Part shown: positions 27,801 through 42,800 of the stretch, piece after piece | Position numbering within the stretch: position 1 is the stretch's first letter | Layout: every line of letters starts with the position of its first letter | Notes under the pieces: model-generated | What the model saw: only the letters and a program-made list of their open reading frames with translations | Database searches by the model: none | What the model was told of the DNA's origin: nothing | Made by a program: the position numbers and the translations under genes | NCBI GenBank assembly: GCA_040954595.2 | Contig: CM082597.2 | Span: 7,279,849 to 7,343,848 of the forward strand | Origin: Balanoglossus misakiensis | Taxonomy: Eukaryota > Animalia > Hemichordata | Length of the DNA stretch: 64,000 nt | Direction: 5' to 3'

Positions 27801-30800
27801 AGGTAAATAATAATTAATACAATAAAATATATACGGTTATCATAATCGAAATAATATGCGAACTCTATGATGCAATAGTTGGGGTAATTGGCGACACACA
27901 CTAGAACTTACACGCGTTGTCAAAGGCCAAAGAATGGCTATTCAACTGACCTAAACAGGCGGCACTATTTTATTTTCTGGCAATATCTAAGGTATCTGCC
28001 GTTCAAATTTTACACTTAATTGAATGATGGCTGTCCTTCAGATACTGCCTGGTGGGATACCTCTGCATTTTACGGTAACAGCGACTAACTCTGGCAAGTC
28101 TACAGCCAAGGTCACTTGCCTTCTGCCAACATATGACGTCACGTTGCCCGAAGCGAGGATAGTTCCAGACTTTTACTCCACCAGTCGCCCAGACAAACTC
28201 AGAGTGTCAGCCGTTGCATATGATGACAGTCCCATTGTCAATCAAAAGGTAGTATATATTTTAACATGTCAATCGATATCATTGCCTAACATATCGACAA
28301 CTTCATTTGAACGAAAGTTTGAAATCTTTATGCACAGTTCCTTGGAATTAGTTTATTTAGGGCTCAGAAGATTCAAAGTACATGCATGCATTGTCTATTT
28401 CGCATTTTTTTATTATTTTTATAGTGATAACGTGTTAGTTGCAACTGACTGAATAGCAATGGTTGCATGTTGTCCTTGCGTTATATTGCATTTAATGTTT
28501 GCTTTGTTATATGACTAGATTTCTAAAATTTAGTAATAAAAAGCCATTTCCACATATGGTGGAGTTGTCATGATATCTGAAAAGTTTAGAGCTATTTTGA
28601 GAGAACAAATTACCATAAATTCCAGGTTACAAATTTATGTTTCTGAACATAGAAAATATAACATGCATTAATTGGTCTCAAAATAAACATTCACCTTAAA
28701 TAACAATGGTAGACAACGTTTTGTCATTGCTATTAACATAACATGTGATTTCACAATCAGATTGGTATTGGCTTTGGTTGTGGTATCTATGGCGACCAAA
28801 TAATTCCATGGACGGGCATTCCATTAAATGGTTACCGCAGTCAGTTACAAAAGGTTGGACTCTCCAATCTAGAAAGCTTTTCACCGAAACGACGTGGCCG
28901 ACTACAAGTGTCGCCGTACCAAGTAGCTACGTATACAACTCCTACCCGATGCGCACAGCAATGTTTGCCGTTGTCGAATTGTCAAAGCTTCAACTATGAC
29001 TTCGGGAGCAGCGGTCGTTGTGAACTGTTGAACGGTATTGAAAGCAATCACGCCAAGTTACATGAGGTAAGGATTCAATTGAGGTTGTACTACATGTAAG
29101 TGACTGTCGTTTTGACAAAAGATTTCTTTAGCCAGTTTCGACAATTCCCGATACAGGTATTATAGTCTGGAAAATTCGATCCATTTCACTATTTAAATAT
29201 TATTTTGTTTGCATATCGCATATTTACATATTGATATTTAACTTTAAGAGGGAAAGTTTGGGCCACTACGAATATCACCATTTGCCATGCAAAATTAAAC
29301 ATATGACTTAATCTACTGTGTTGCAGTCGAGTGAATTTTATTACTTCGAAAAACTCGGCGTGGGACATACAACTCAATTTGATTATGAAGATTTGCAACT
29401 TCGTCACGGTGATGTTCATTATGTAAACATGCACGTCATAAACAGCCTTGGTGAGTAATAATAAAAAATGTTCGTGTTCTTCACCTTTTGTGTAATTGAT
29501 TGTAACAATAATTCAATCTTTTGGATCTTGTCTAATTGACTACAGAGTTTTAAGGCATGACTAGTTACTTTCGGAGTAATCTTCTTTCTCAGGCTATGAG
29601 AACGTCATTTCATCAAAGCCAATAGTCGCTGATTTCGTCCCACCGAATCCAGGACCGATACAGAATGCTGCATACGATGAGGTGTCCCATGAAGACTGCA
29701 CTTCGTATCTTCCCAATGAATGGAAATACAGATGTGTTGAGGAAACAGATTTTCCCAATCACAGGCAAGCAGACATTGCACAACAATAGTCCGAAGACAA
29801 TATTGGGAATAGTTTCTTACTTGTCAAAATCACACAGCATCATGTATAATACTAGCTGGCTCGCTTTTTGCTCCTAATCAGTGAGAAAAGTTTCCCGTCG
29901 CACACTTTCTTGTTGCACAAGTTCTTAAGACACGTTAAACTTCATGAACGCTGAAGTTTTCTGATTCTGCTTCTTGTTGTAGACTGATCATCGACGGCCC
30001 GGGTTCTGCTACGGTGTTCAACGGGCATGAGCCATTGGTTGACCTTCTGTATACGCGAGCTAACACCTACATATCAGGTATTCTTTAACAATGAGAGATC
30101 GGGCTTTTTGTATAGTAGCTTCAAGTTTTTGTTACTGTAAAGAATTAAGGGGACAAAGTCTCTCTCTTGCTGCATTTTTCTCCATTAATTATGTTTGATA
30201 CAAGACAAGCTTTATGTTATTCTACATGTCGATATATAGAGAATTAATGTTCGACCACACATAAATTCCATCCCGATTGTAGGATATGAGAGTGAAAATC
30301 ACGTCAAAATGAATAAATGGTAGAGACCGGTTATTTATTTTGGCGAGTTTTTCACTCTCGTGTCTACAAGAGGGATGGAAGTTGTGTGTGGTCGAACGTT
30401 GATTCACTATATATCCACATGTAGAATAACATAAACGGTGTCTTGTATCAAACATAATTATAATGGAAAAAGGGCAGCGAGAGAGAGGCTTTGTCCCTTT
30501 AACTGTGAACTTTCTTTCCTCCTGAGCAAATCATTAGCAAGAGAATGCACATGAATATGTTTAAAAATGAAAGTTACCATTGCAATTCTCTTTATGGACA
30601 GCTAATTGGGATGGTTTTTACGACGGCGAAACCGGCATATTCGGTTACACGTGGGCGGTTGGAACATCACCGTGTCTGGAAGATATTGTGGATCACCATG
30701 ATCCCCACCGTCACATCAAAAATGAGAATGAATGGACGCATAAAGGATACACTACAGACTTCCATGGCCCTATACTTCTGGGTAAGAAAGTATGCTCAAT

Positions 30801-33800
30801 CTAACACGAAATGTGTAATAACTAACTTTACGTAATGAGACACATCCTATCATTATTAAAAACATTTTACATTAAATGCCTTTTCCTCGAGGGCAATACA
30901 ATGAAGGCAAACAAGAAAATCTTTGTGTTAGCACGTAACTGTTTATTGGAAACAAAAGATTTGACCCACTGTTGAGCAAGGCCTTTAATGGCCTGTACAA
31001 CTAACATATACACATTACTTACAGTGTCTACCACAAAATGGTGCCTTCAGTCAAAATTTGACCACATATTGTAGTGTCAGCTCTGAATGCCCCGTATTGT
31101 ATCTTTCCTTCGTGTATATACAGATGGGTGGTACTATATTACAGTTAGGGCAGTCAACAAGGTCGAATTTGGCGGTCCTATGGTGACAGTTGTGTGTCAC
31201 TCTACTCCATACGTCATAGACAACACGCCTCCGTTTGTCAATGAAGTCTTATTTCTTGGCTACGACGAAGACACGTGTACGGTTACTGCAAATTACAATG
31301 TCAGGTAAGACCCAATGAAAAAAAAATATGCTGTCCCGATTACACGACCTACCCTAATTTTAACCCGCTGACCAAAAACTATATTATAGCTATGTAAACC
31401 TGGGAGTAAAAATAACGATGTCAAATATACAAAATTTATGAAAATTGCACGAATCACGCGAGAACAATGACGAAATCGCGCACATCACGCGAGAATTATG
31501 ACATCATTCTTCTACACTACGCCAGCCAGACAATTAAAACATTGCAAATAAAAAACCCTACCCTAATTTTGAAAACCTTGTAATCGGAACAGCACATATT
31601 ATTTGGGGGGGGGGGCTAAGTACAAAATTAAGTCTACTAAATAATCTGAAATTTTATACTGATAATCTAATACCCAGGGGGTGTGCTCCCATGATGTTAT
31701 ATATTCTTTCAGGACATGCTTGCACTCAAATTGTTCGTCCATTAAGTACTTTCAACATTTATGTACAAAATATTACTTGGTAACTGAATACTGTAAAGTT
31801 TCACTCCTTCACCATAGCTGTTATATTTTGACGAAGTTACTTTTTCCTTGTTACCTTTCCAGTGATGATTTATCAAATATTCGAGAGATCCACATGGGAC
31901 TTGGGAAGAGCAAAAGGGACATATACATCATGGAATGGAAACAGGACAGCAACATCACGCACACCGCCAAGTCACATTGTATCCCCGATGGTCTCCCCAC
32001 CTGGATAAAAATCAGAGCTACAAACAATGGTTTGGATTAAACATTTCTTTTTTATATTTGACAGATTTACACACAGAATGTTGCGTCAGTGCATACATAG
32101 TGACGGCATGAGGATCCTTGCTAACATATAGCGCAAACAATTAAACAAAAATCGGCCATTTTGAAATCCTTTCTATGTTCTACTAAACCGTAGTCCTTTG
32201 CGCGACATGTTGGCTGAACTTTGCAGAAGACAATGATGACGCCAAAACACTCTTCCCAGAATAATTGCACCTATTTTATAAACAATAATATTGACACATA
32301 ATGTGCTTCAATTTGTTCTGATATCAACCACTTCGCTTTGTTCTATCTAACAGTTGACCTCAAAACCGTCGGGCACGAGACATCGCCTTTCATCGTCGAC
32401 AGAAGCCCGCCCACTGCAGGGGAAGTATTTGATGGAACTGTGCATGATCACGACATAGACTACCAAAACAAATACGATGAAATCTGTGTTAGTTGGCACA
32501 GTTTTTTCGACGTACATAGTGGACTAGGTTGGTATCGTTGCTCACAATCTGATTAAAATCAGATGTAAGGAACGGCGACGTGTTTTTTTATGCTGAGGCG
32601 ATAGCATAAAAAACCGTACCGCATAAGTAAAAGACGTCGCCGTTCCCTACGTCTGATTTTAATCAGATTGCGTTACTCACAAAAACGCAATAAATTATAG
32701 TGAAACACATTCTGTGATAATTATAACTCGCATGAACTGACACATCGTGTTTATACTAAAACCAAGTTTTTGATTGGTTGTATTAGAAAAATTCACCTGG
32801 AACGTGGGAACATCACCTGGGGATAATGACACAGTGACGGGCGTCGAGTTGGAACCAACCGAGTACAGAGTTTGCAATGACAGCGTTGTTCTCACGCACA
32901 ACACAACTTACTATTCAACAATCATAGCACAAAACGCAGGGCACAAGAAATTGGAAACCAGTGTCATTTCCGATGGAGGTAAGCCCCCCAAAATAATATG
33001 TGCTGTTCCAATTACATGGTTTTCAATAATAGGGTAGGTAGGTAGGGAAATATTTTTATTTCGCGATTTTATTTTATTTCTCTGGCCGCCATAGTGTAGA
33101 ATATGATGTCATAGTTCTTGCATGGTGCGAGCGATTTCATCATAGTTCTTGCGTGATTCACGCGATTTTCATCTATTTAGTAAATTTCGCATCGTTATTT
33201 TTATTTCCGGGTTTACGAAGATCTAAAAAGTTTAGGGTCGGCGGGTCAAAATTAGGGTAGGTCGGGTAATCGGAACAGCACATATTTTTTTTTATTTTGG
33301 ACTAAGCATAGTGTCTGAGGAAGAAATCCTACCGTTAGTTGCACTAAATTACTTACAAACTGACAAGGGCACAAACTCAGCTGGCATGATTGTATTCATG
33401 TACCGGTATATCTTTTTCCCAGTGCTTTACGATGAGACTGACCCGATTGAGGGCTGGATAAAAGACGGACTGGATTCCAAACGCGACATGGTGTTCAGTC
33501 CGAAGGGATCAACCGTGTCGGCAAACTGGGGCGACTTCTATGACCCGGAGTCTTTCATCAAAGAATATGTAGTAACAGTGTGGCGGAGACATGCCTCACA
33601 AGGTACATGTTTTTTCTTCTTCTGATTTCTATCATTTACACATGCTTTGTGTGAGTTTTGCACATAATTGCATTTTCTGGTGCCATTTGACGATACCGTT
33701 CAATCCATTTGGTGAAACTTATTTTGATTGTTGTCATAGCGGCAATAAAACTTCCGACACACATAACTCAATGTATCATGTGAAATTATCGGATTGTGAA

Positions 33801-36800
33801 ATACTACTCACAAGCTTGCTTATAATAAGGGTGACCAAACTTCACATGTTATTGGTAGGCTATTCTAGTGTAAATTGAACGGGGTACATATTCTCACAGT
33901 ATTCTATCTTTATACCACAGCACTTAAACCAATATACCTCACCGAAGACGCAGTGCTGTGTCTACAATTTGTGGCCTTTCGAAAGATAACGTTTGGTCTC
34001 ATTCCGTTTCACAACTCTTTCGTACATCGCTGTTACAGGAAACTCGAGTACCCCCTTTCACATTATCCAGGAAGCACAGACAATTCCCGCCACTGGGAGT
34101 TTCATAAATTGGCATCATTTCCACCTCCATCACCATGACTACGTGTATGTGGAGCTACAAACTACCAACAAAGCATTGTCAAGTATCACCACGGACTCGG
34201 ATGGATACCAGGTGGACTTGACGGTGCCGATATTCAAATTTGTCGGTGATGGTCATGTGATTGGTCGTGACATCCAGTATACGGTAGGTGTATTTGCACG
34301 CGCAGGCAAGTAGTTTTTAGCTATGTTTGGTCTCGTTAGGTAATAAACCGATTTGCAATATATCATCAGTTAATCTGCAACTGTTTTACTCTAACTGAAC
34401 CGAAATTTAAATAAGATATGGAAATTTGAAAGTCATGAAAAAATATATACCCGGGTGTACACTCATATGGGTATGTGTCGCCCAACTAAAATCATGTATA
34501 AGTAGTCCCGGGGTCAGTTATCAACTCTCGAAGAAGTATCACACCATTCACATAATATTTAATGGTCTTATTCATGACTCAATAGGAAAAACAAACCCCA
34601 TCGTATTGAAGTGTAGTGGTGAACTAATCATGTTTACATACACACTTCCCGCTTGTTTGTTTAGCATTGGTTGAATATACAAACATGCGCATATTGTGGT
34701 AGGGTTCTGAGTCGGATTAATAATGTTTCAGTATTAAGTTTCTTTGATGTGTATACTTACAGTCAAGTTCCACAGAGTTGTCCGCCAATTGGGACTTTGA
34801 AGATCCAGACTCTGGCATTAGCGTCTACAGAATATCTGTGTATGAAACCTTTGGTGGAACCACTTTGAAGATATACCCAAGAGACAGGTACGCCATAATC
34901 ACATTGCATTCACCTCATTCACACACGAATGGCATTAATTGTCCTGACCCCATAATGATAATTCTGGGAATATTAATGCAATTATTACACTTTACGACGT
35001 TCGCATTTGGTATGGCTGACGTACAGGGGTAAAATACATTGTAGTTGCTAGGTCCATTTCTATCATTTGGATAGCTTTATTTAATATATGGTATATTAAT
35101 CTGGTCCTTTGGTACTGATCCACACTGTGAGTACAACTATACCATCACACGTCGAGCCATGCCAAAAGCAGCAACTTTGCGCTTTTTATAAACTTTCTCT
35201 GATGCAACTATTTCATCATTATGACATGCCCCAATCTTTATTATTGTGAACTGGATGTGCATATCCAACAAATGAACTGCTTTGCTGTTGATTTTAGTGA
35301 CGTTGAAGAAGTCAACTCGTCGGTGTCAGCTTGGACTTCATCGGAGCCTCTGTCACTAACAAACGGCGCCCTCTACCGTTTACGCGTCTCTGCTATCAAC
35401 GGAGCCGGTCTCAGCAATGTCCAGGATACGGATGGTGTGTACGTCGACACCAGCCCACCAATAGTAAGTTCTTAAACACAGGATAACCTCCTATGCAAGG
35501 TTTCTGGCACCATAGTAACAAATATAGTTCCAAGTTCGGTCGAAATAAGAAAGAACGCAGATTTTGATTAAAAACGTGTCAGCAAGAATTTTTGATAACA
35601 ACGCTGAATTAAAACAATATAAGAATCGCATCGAAAATCATGTTTCTTATTTCTCCCCACAGATGAGATATGTGGCCATCGGGGTCTCAAGCGAAGACGA
35701 AGAAGAAGAGGTCATTGACGGTTATGTCATCACAGCTGACACAGAAGGCATCAAGGCATTCTGGGAAGCTACTGACTTCGAAAGTGGTGTCGTAGATAAT
35801 CAAATTTGCATTGGCACCACTAAAGGTGCGTTAATAGTTCAGCATGCCACGCAGTCATATAAACACGGATAAAAACATCATTGTCATGCATATTTTCTTA
35901 ATTACAGTCTCATTAAGATTTGTATCTTTCAAATTTACTATCTCACTGTATTACTTTGCATATTAGGTGGCAATAATGTGCTAGATGTTACCAGCATGGG
36001 GCCTTCAATGGGGGGCTATATAGGCAACCTGGTGTTAGTGAGGTATGACGTGGACACGGGCGGCCCGGTGTATTATGTGTCGGTTAAAGCTATTAATGGT
36101 GCTGGGACTGAATCCAACACATTAATTTCTAGGTCAGTCTCTGTTCATATTGGTCTATTTCTTCGAGATCATGAACTCTTGCGGTACTTTTAAGATTGTG
36201 TTCTCAAAGCTATGGTGGAGAACATTGCATTTCAATCGCAAACACATGAAACCGTGTCATATTGAACACCTATTGCCTGGCCATGAGGGCCATAGCAGCC
36301 GTTTATTACCCCCGAGGGGCTGTGAGTTACCAGAATCACATGCTATTTCCCCGAGGCCGTACTGCTATTGCCCTAGGGACTCATAGTCGATTCTATTTCC
36401 TATCACGTGACGGATTCTGGCGAATCACGACACAGTATTAGCATGAAGTATATTATAACTGTATTTAACAATGCTAATTTCTCATCAGTGGCATTAAGGT
36501 AGTTGCGGATGACAAGGCAGGATTTGTTTTCGACGGGCCTGACGTTCACTTCTCCGGGCATTCTGTGGGAGGCCAAGGCGTTGATGTGGATTTCCAAAGG
36601 GAGACTGGAACAGTGACAGCACAGTTCAGTGGATTTGAAAGCGAACAGCATGGAATCGTTCATTATGAATGGGCAGTGGGGAGTGGACCGGGACTGGATG
36701 ACATCCAGCCTTACATTGCCGTTGGAATTCTTGTCGACCAGGATGAGAGTGGTCCTGGCGGTGGTAAGTGCTGTCACGATAGTTTGCCCGGGATTTCCGG

Positions 36801-39800
36801 TGGGAGTTATACATGTTAGTGTGTTTGTTTGTAATTTCGAACCCAGCTGTACATGCAATACACACCTAACTGGACGATGATCGATCGTATTTATGGGTAG
36901 CGAAGTGTCTGTGTCATTTTAAATGACTCCTTTGTTTGTTTGTTTATATGTTTGTTTGTTGTATTGCACTTCTTTCGTTCGTAGTTCTAATGTTCGTTTA
37001 TGACTAATACGTTCAGTGAAATTGACAACAAATTGTACCTCAATTATTTTCTGCTTTTGAAAAGGTCTTGCTGGTTCTGGACAAGCACAATCCCTGCTCG
37101 AACTTGAGTCCGGCGTCACTTATTTCACTACTATCCGAGCAATAACTGGGGCTGGAAATGCTCTCGACTCGGTTGCTGATGGTTTTACTGTTGACACGAC
37201 ACCGCCCTCTATCAAGATGGGTATTTATGATGTTTTGCGAGAAAATGATACAGCGGAGCCCATGTTTGCATCAAAAGTCGCCATGTATCAGGTACTTGTA
37301 TACATAACTCTCACTTCCATATGTAGTCAGAGTATAATTTACAGACAGGGCAGGTTTGAATAGAAAGTAGTAACTTATTATACCGGGTACAAAAAAAAAC
37401 CAAAGGTACATAGTGTATAGCTATCACGGACCAATCCTATAGGCGTGTTTGTTATGTATATACCTGGTATATACGTAATGTGTTGAATTCAAATTAATAT
37501 ATTTTTTTCTTTTTTATCAGAAATTTTCAGATTCGTTGGTCGACACTTGGCACGTGACAGATAATGAGAGCGAAGTGTATTTCACGCAGTTTTGTTATGG
37601 CAGCTATCCGGGAGCATCAGACATTTATTCCTGCACTGATAGCCATGGACGTGGAAGGACACCAATTGCATTAGTTCGGCCCAATATGAAGAGCATTCCC
37701 AATGTGGTAACGGTGTCATCTGTGAACAAAGTAAGTACAAACCCTAAGACATATCATTAAAGGTGAAATATCGTAGCCCCCTAAAACATACACAAAGAGA
37801 CAATGTTGCAAAACACAACACGAACCGCTTCGATTACATTTGTTTATTCCTTATATATGTGAGTACACTTGCGGATTTAATGCCATCATCGAGCAATATA
37901 AATTTCGGTCATACAAATGTATCAAAGAGGTGTAAGCACATGCCGGTTGTCTCTGCAGGTAGGACTTTGGTCAACAGCAAGTTCAGAGGGTGTGACTGTC
38001 GATTCTACACCTCCCATCCAAGGACAGGTCCTATGCTCTTCTCATATAACTACTAGTGATGACCTAAAGTGTAGATGGTCTGGCTTCAATGACGAAGAGA
38101 GTGGAGTAGCGTATTACTCTATAGGCATTGGTCTCACAGAGGAAGATGATTCGATTCGTCCTTTTACAGCCGTTGCTCCATTTCATCATGAATATCAATT
38201 CAAAGGTAAGTCGTGTATTGACAGTGTTGCCTAATTGTTTCACTCCATCGGCAGTTTTGCCAAACTAGGGATGTTTGCAGCTTGAAGCCACCCACAATGC
38301 CAATACTCAGTACATACTTCTGTTCACACTGTTCTCAAAAGAACATACATGTATAGTGTCAAATCACAAAAAAGCATTATTCTATGGAATCTGCTGGCTC
38401 AAAGGATGAACAAAAGGACTTCCAAACGTTAAACAGTGGTGCATTTCATAGCTTTATTCAATGTTACTCATCAACCCTGTAGCTAATTAAGATTAAGCTT
38501 TAAGGTTAATGGCAGTATTTTTCATTTGCTTTGAACGGTGCACAGTGCTTACATGTACTTATATGTGTAGACCACCTTCTGACTGTGTGACTATATCTTT
38601 AGGACCATTTGAACATCAGACCTATTACGTCACTGTATCTGCTATCAACAATGCCGGTGACCAGACAAATGCATACTCCCGGGCGATACATGTTGATGAA
38701 ACTCCACCAATTGCCGGCAGAGTTGTGGAGCTGACAGGCGAAGATGAGCAACATTACAACGGCGACGATGCAAGTAATGGGGACCCCCTTAACTGCATGA
38801 CATTTGAAGGTAGTGTCTCAATGCTGACGTGTATTCTTTATCCTATCTAGCTCGATCTTGCATGTACAAGTTTCAAATTCAGTTTATACCGTATAAACAG
38901 TGTTTTAATGCAAACCACTCATACAACAATTTTCATCATTCAGTGAATGTACATTTCTATGATGAAATGTTTGAAGCCATCAGAACAGAAGTGTTGCACG
39001 AAATTATCTGAATCCACATGTTTGTGTTTCCACGGATGCATTATTACCAGTTGCGGCGGTAAACAAAATCTGTATCCCGGAAACGTGTGTCCATATGGTG
39101 TAAGACGTCAGATGAATGATAAATGACAATGTTATATGATTCAATTGACCATAACTGCAATATGTGGAATTTCTTAATTTGCCAGATCCGTTACTTCTTA
39201 TTGCGCTCACTTATTTGATTGAACAAGAATCTGCGTGTTTTGTAGAATAGAGATGATAATTATGTAAATTAGAATGTAGTAATATCTGAGGTCGGGTGAT
39301 ACATGTATTTCACTGGTTACAATTCAGATTGTGTTGCAAAGCCTGCAGTGTGCCAAAGATCTCTTGACAGAATATTAGTGACTTGGGAACCTTTCCAAGA
39401 CCCAGAAAGTCCAGTCGTGAGGTAAGTACAGCTTCCGACCAAATGTTTCAATTTTCATTAAGTGCGCCATATGGGAAAACACATGCTTATAATTACATGT
39501 AGCCTCACTTTATCGTCTGACAGTTTTTTGCCGAATATTTTAACGCTCACAGGTACCAAGTAGCCGTGGGAACATCGCCAGGTGGTGTACAGCTGAAGTC
39601 CTTTTATGACGTGGAAGGGAACAACGAGACGATGACACTTGTTATGGGGCTCGATCTTTATGACGTCAGACGAGCGTTCGTGTCCGTGAGGGGCTTCAAC
39701 GCAGCTGGTCTTCAAACGACCGCCGTTTCTGATGGCGTCTTCATAAGTCGAATAAGCGCTGGTTTGCCTCCTCTTGAAGGAAGTTATATTTGGGACGGCA

Positions 39801-42800
39801 ATGGGGACAAAGATTTGTAAGTGATTGTCTCGGTCTGTGTAGAATCCTGTTAACGTTCAAGAATATAACAAAACCTTATTTAAGATTAAAGGCAATTATC
39901 TATAAAAAAAATCTGGTTATTTTATAGCGTTTTTTTTTTTCGTTTATCACATACATTGTTCTTCTCACACTAACAGTATCCAAAAATACTCAGTTTTCTG
40001 CTATTTTTAACAAGTGAAATAAATGTCCTGACTTGATAAATATAAAGATCGGAAATACTGAAAAATAGTTTTTTTTTAAATACTGATAGTGAAGCTTAAG
40101 GAAATGATAGAGCTGCAAGATGTGTATTACCATTGTATTTGCCTCTTCAGAAACATCAACATTTCTCGTTTTCTTGATCTTAACTTTTCCATTTACCCCA
40201 ATATTTCAGAAATTACCAAGGTGACAACGAAGTTTTGTATGGACAGTGGAGTTTCGATGGTGACCCTTGTCCAAAGCTGAGGTACGAGTGGACAGTAGTT
40301 CGCATCGATGGAACCATAGTACAGCCAATGATAGCAACATCTGAAGGTATTGTAAAAAAAACATTACGGAAGAAAAGAACATTTGTGAGATTTATACAGA
40401 GAGGACTCCAGCATGTTTCATATCATAACAGATGTAGAACCTATTATTTTACTAAGCATTCTCTCCATGTTGCAGCATTTCGAATGAACGATGGACTGGA
40501 TATGAAGAATGGAGAAACGTACTACTTGGTTGTCAGGGCAACAAACCTCCTTGGCTTTTCCCATTCACTTCGCTCTGACGGCATCACAATACAACTTCAA
40601 CCACTCCTGCCCAGAGACGTCAGAGATGGCGCTGTTTATGGATTTGATCTGAACTTCCAATCATCAATCACAACGTTGTCAGGAAATTGGGATGCATTCG
40701 GTATACACCCAGATCAGTTGATTGAAGGCATGGGAGGTATAATATGTGCTTGAATTTTCTGTGTTTTATAACGGTTATAATTACTCTTGATTTCACCGAG
40801 TGTTCACTGTCGAAAGCTCCTCTCATCCGCTTTTTACGAGATTAGAACTCGGACCTAAGCTTACTGGACCATACTCACGTGCCAAGCAAGTCCGCACCTG
40901 AATCTCCCCCAAAACGATTTTCAGATTCTTGAATACCATGGTCATATCATTTCGTAACCTTCCAGGACAGGTAATTGACCACTATGAAATAGCAGCCGGA
41001 ACGGATCAACGTTATCCCAACACGAGGGACGACATTCACAGGTTTCTAGACATCGGTCTCAACACGTCACACACATTCACAAATCTGAGATTGATCCCCG
41101 AGACGCAGAAATACTACATAACGGTGAGGGCGTACGCGGTGTCGACTGCAATGGTAGAGGTTACATCGAATGGAATAAAAGTTGGTTATGGTGGGGAGTT
41201 AGTATCACAAGGGCGCCTAAATATCCAACGGTAAATACACTAGTTTTTATTAATGTCTGCCATTTTAATGCACATTAATTGGCCTTTATAATACATCTGT
41301 ATTAAGTAACGTAATAATAATAATGTCAATCTTGACAACTGGGTGCTTGAAAGATAATCTAATATTCAGCACAAGAAGCCACTTAGAGGAACCAAGTCCC
41401 TCTCGCTGCCCCTTTTCCATTAATTATTTTGATACAAGACAACGTTTATAATATTCTACATGTGGACATATAGTGAATGAACGTTCTACCGCAAACAACT
41501 TCCTTCCCGTTTGTACTATGAGAGTAAAAATTTCACCAAAATGAATAAACGGTAAACACCGATTATTCATTTTGGCGAGTTTTTCACTCTCGTGTCTACA
41601 AGTTGGATGGTTTTCTATATTCAGTGAGCGATTCCCGTTTCTGTGGATGACTTGGCAATGTGGCCAAGCCTAAAAAATATATAACCGCCAATTAACGACA
41701 GTTTTATGAATTGCTCATAAAGGTGTGTTTAACTTAAGTTGTCTACAAGGCATTTGAATTCAATAACTAATTTTGCGGCTAAATCGTTATTATTATTTGT
41801 TTTATTTGTCGTTTTCAGATACATAGCATCTACCACTAGTCTTACTGTGTCCTGGACCGACTTTAGATTTGTTATGCCTGTTTTCTTTTATTCGTGGGGT
41901 ATTGGTCAAAATACAAGCAGACTACACAACCTATATTGCAAGGACCTAGTAAGTACAACATTATCACCTACTGGACTGCTGTTACATAAGGGAGGGCTGA
42001 TTCTGAAATACAGAAGGAGACATGGACATAGTGCATTTATCTTGGGCAGTGTCATTAGCAGAAACTCTCCGCTTACAAGATACTAGTAGTTTTGCATACT
42101 TCTCTATTTCCAGCAAGCACTTAACTATGGGTATCAAGCAGCGGCAAATCTATATCTCCGAGACATGTTTGACGAGAAACAGTGGACAGAGGTTGGCCAG
42201 GACACTTTGGTCGTGGAGCAAGGTCTAAGCCTGGAACACAAACAAACATACTCGGTCGTCGTCATGGCAACTGACGAATCTGGACAATGCTCCCTTGCAT
42301 GGAGTGACTTTACTGTGGATGTCTCTCCTCCCAACGCTGGAACTCTGAAAGTGGGAGCTTTTGAAGACCAGGTAAATTGTGTTTTTTTCAACAATTCACG
42401 TAGCAACAGTTTTGATCCCGCGACTTATATACCTCTGCTTCCTGCAGCATAAAACCAATTTCGCATCGAAATCATTGAGGAAAACCCTATGTACAAACGC
42501 TGTTGGTAGACAGTGATTAACATAACAATGACAACGTGTGGCTGATATTTGCCCTCCAATAAACAACCAACATCTTTCTATACAATTTCGTTTTCAGTGT
42601 GTTGTCCAAGACATGCACACTTCAGTTATAATCCCCCAAACAGCGATGGAAAACCTCCGTTTGGGGGATTACTACCTACAACGTTTGTGCAGGCCTACTT
42701 TGGCATGAGTGGAGGAAGTACATGTGTATGATTATCGATCGTTATTTCAGATGCATTTGAAAGATAATAACGATTAGCTGGTTTCATTTAACTTCATGAT

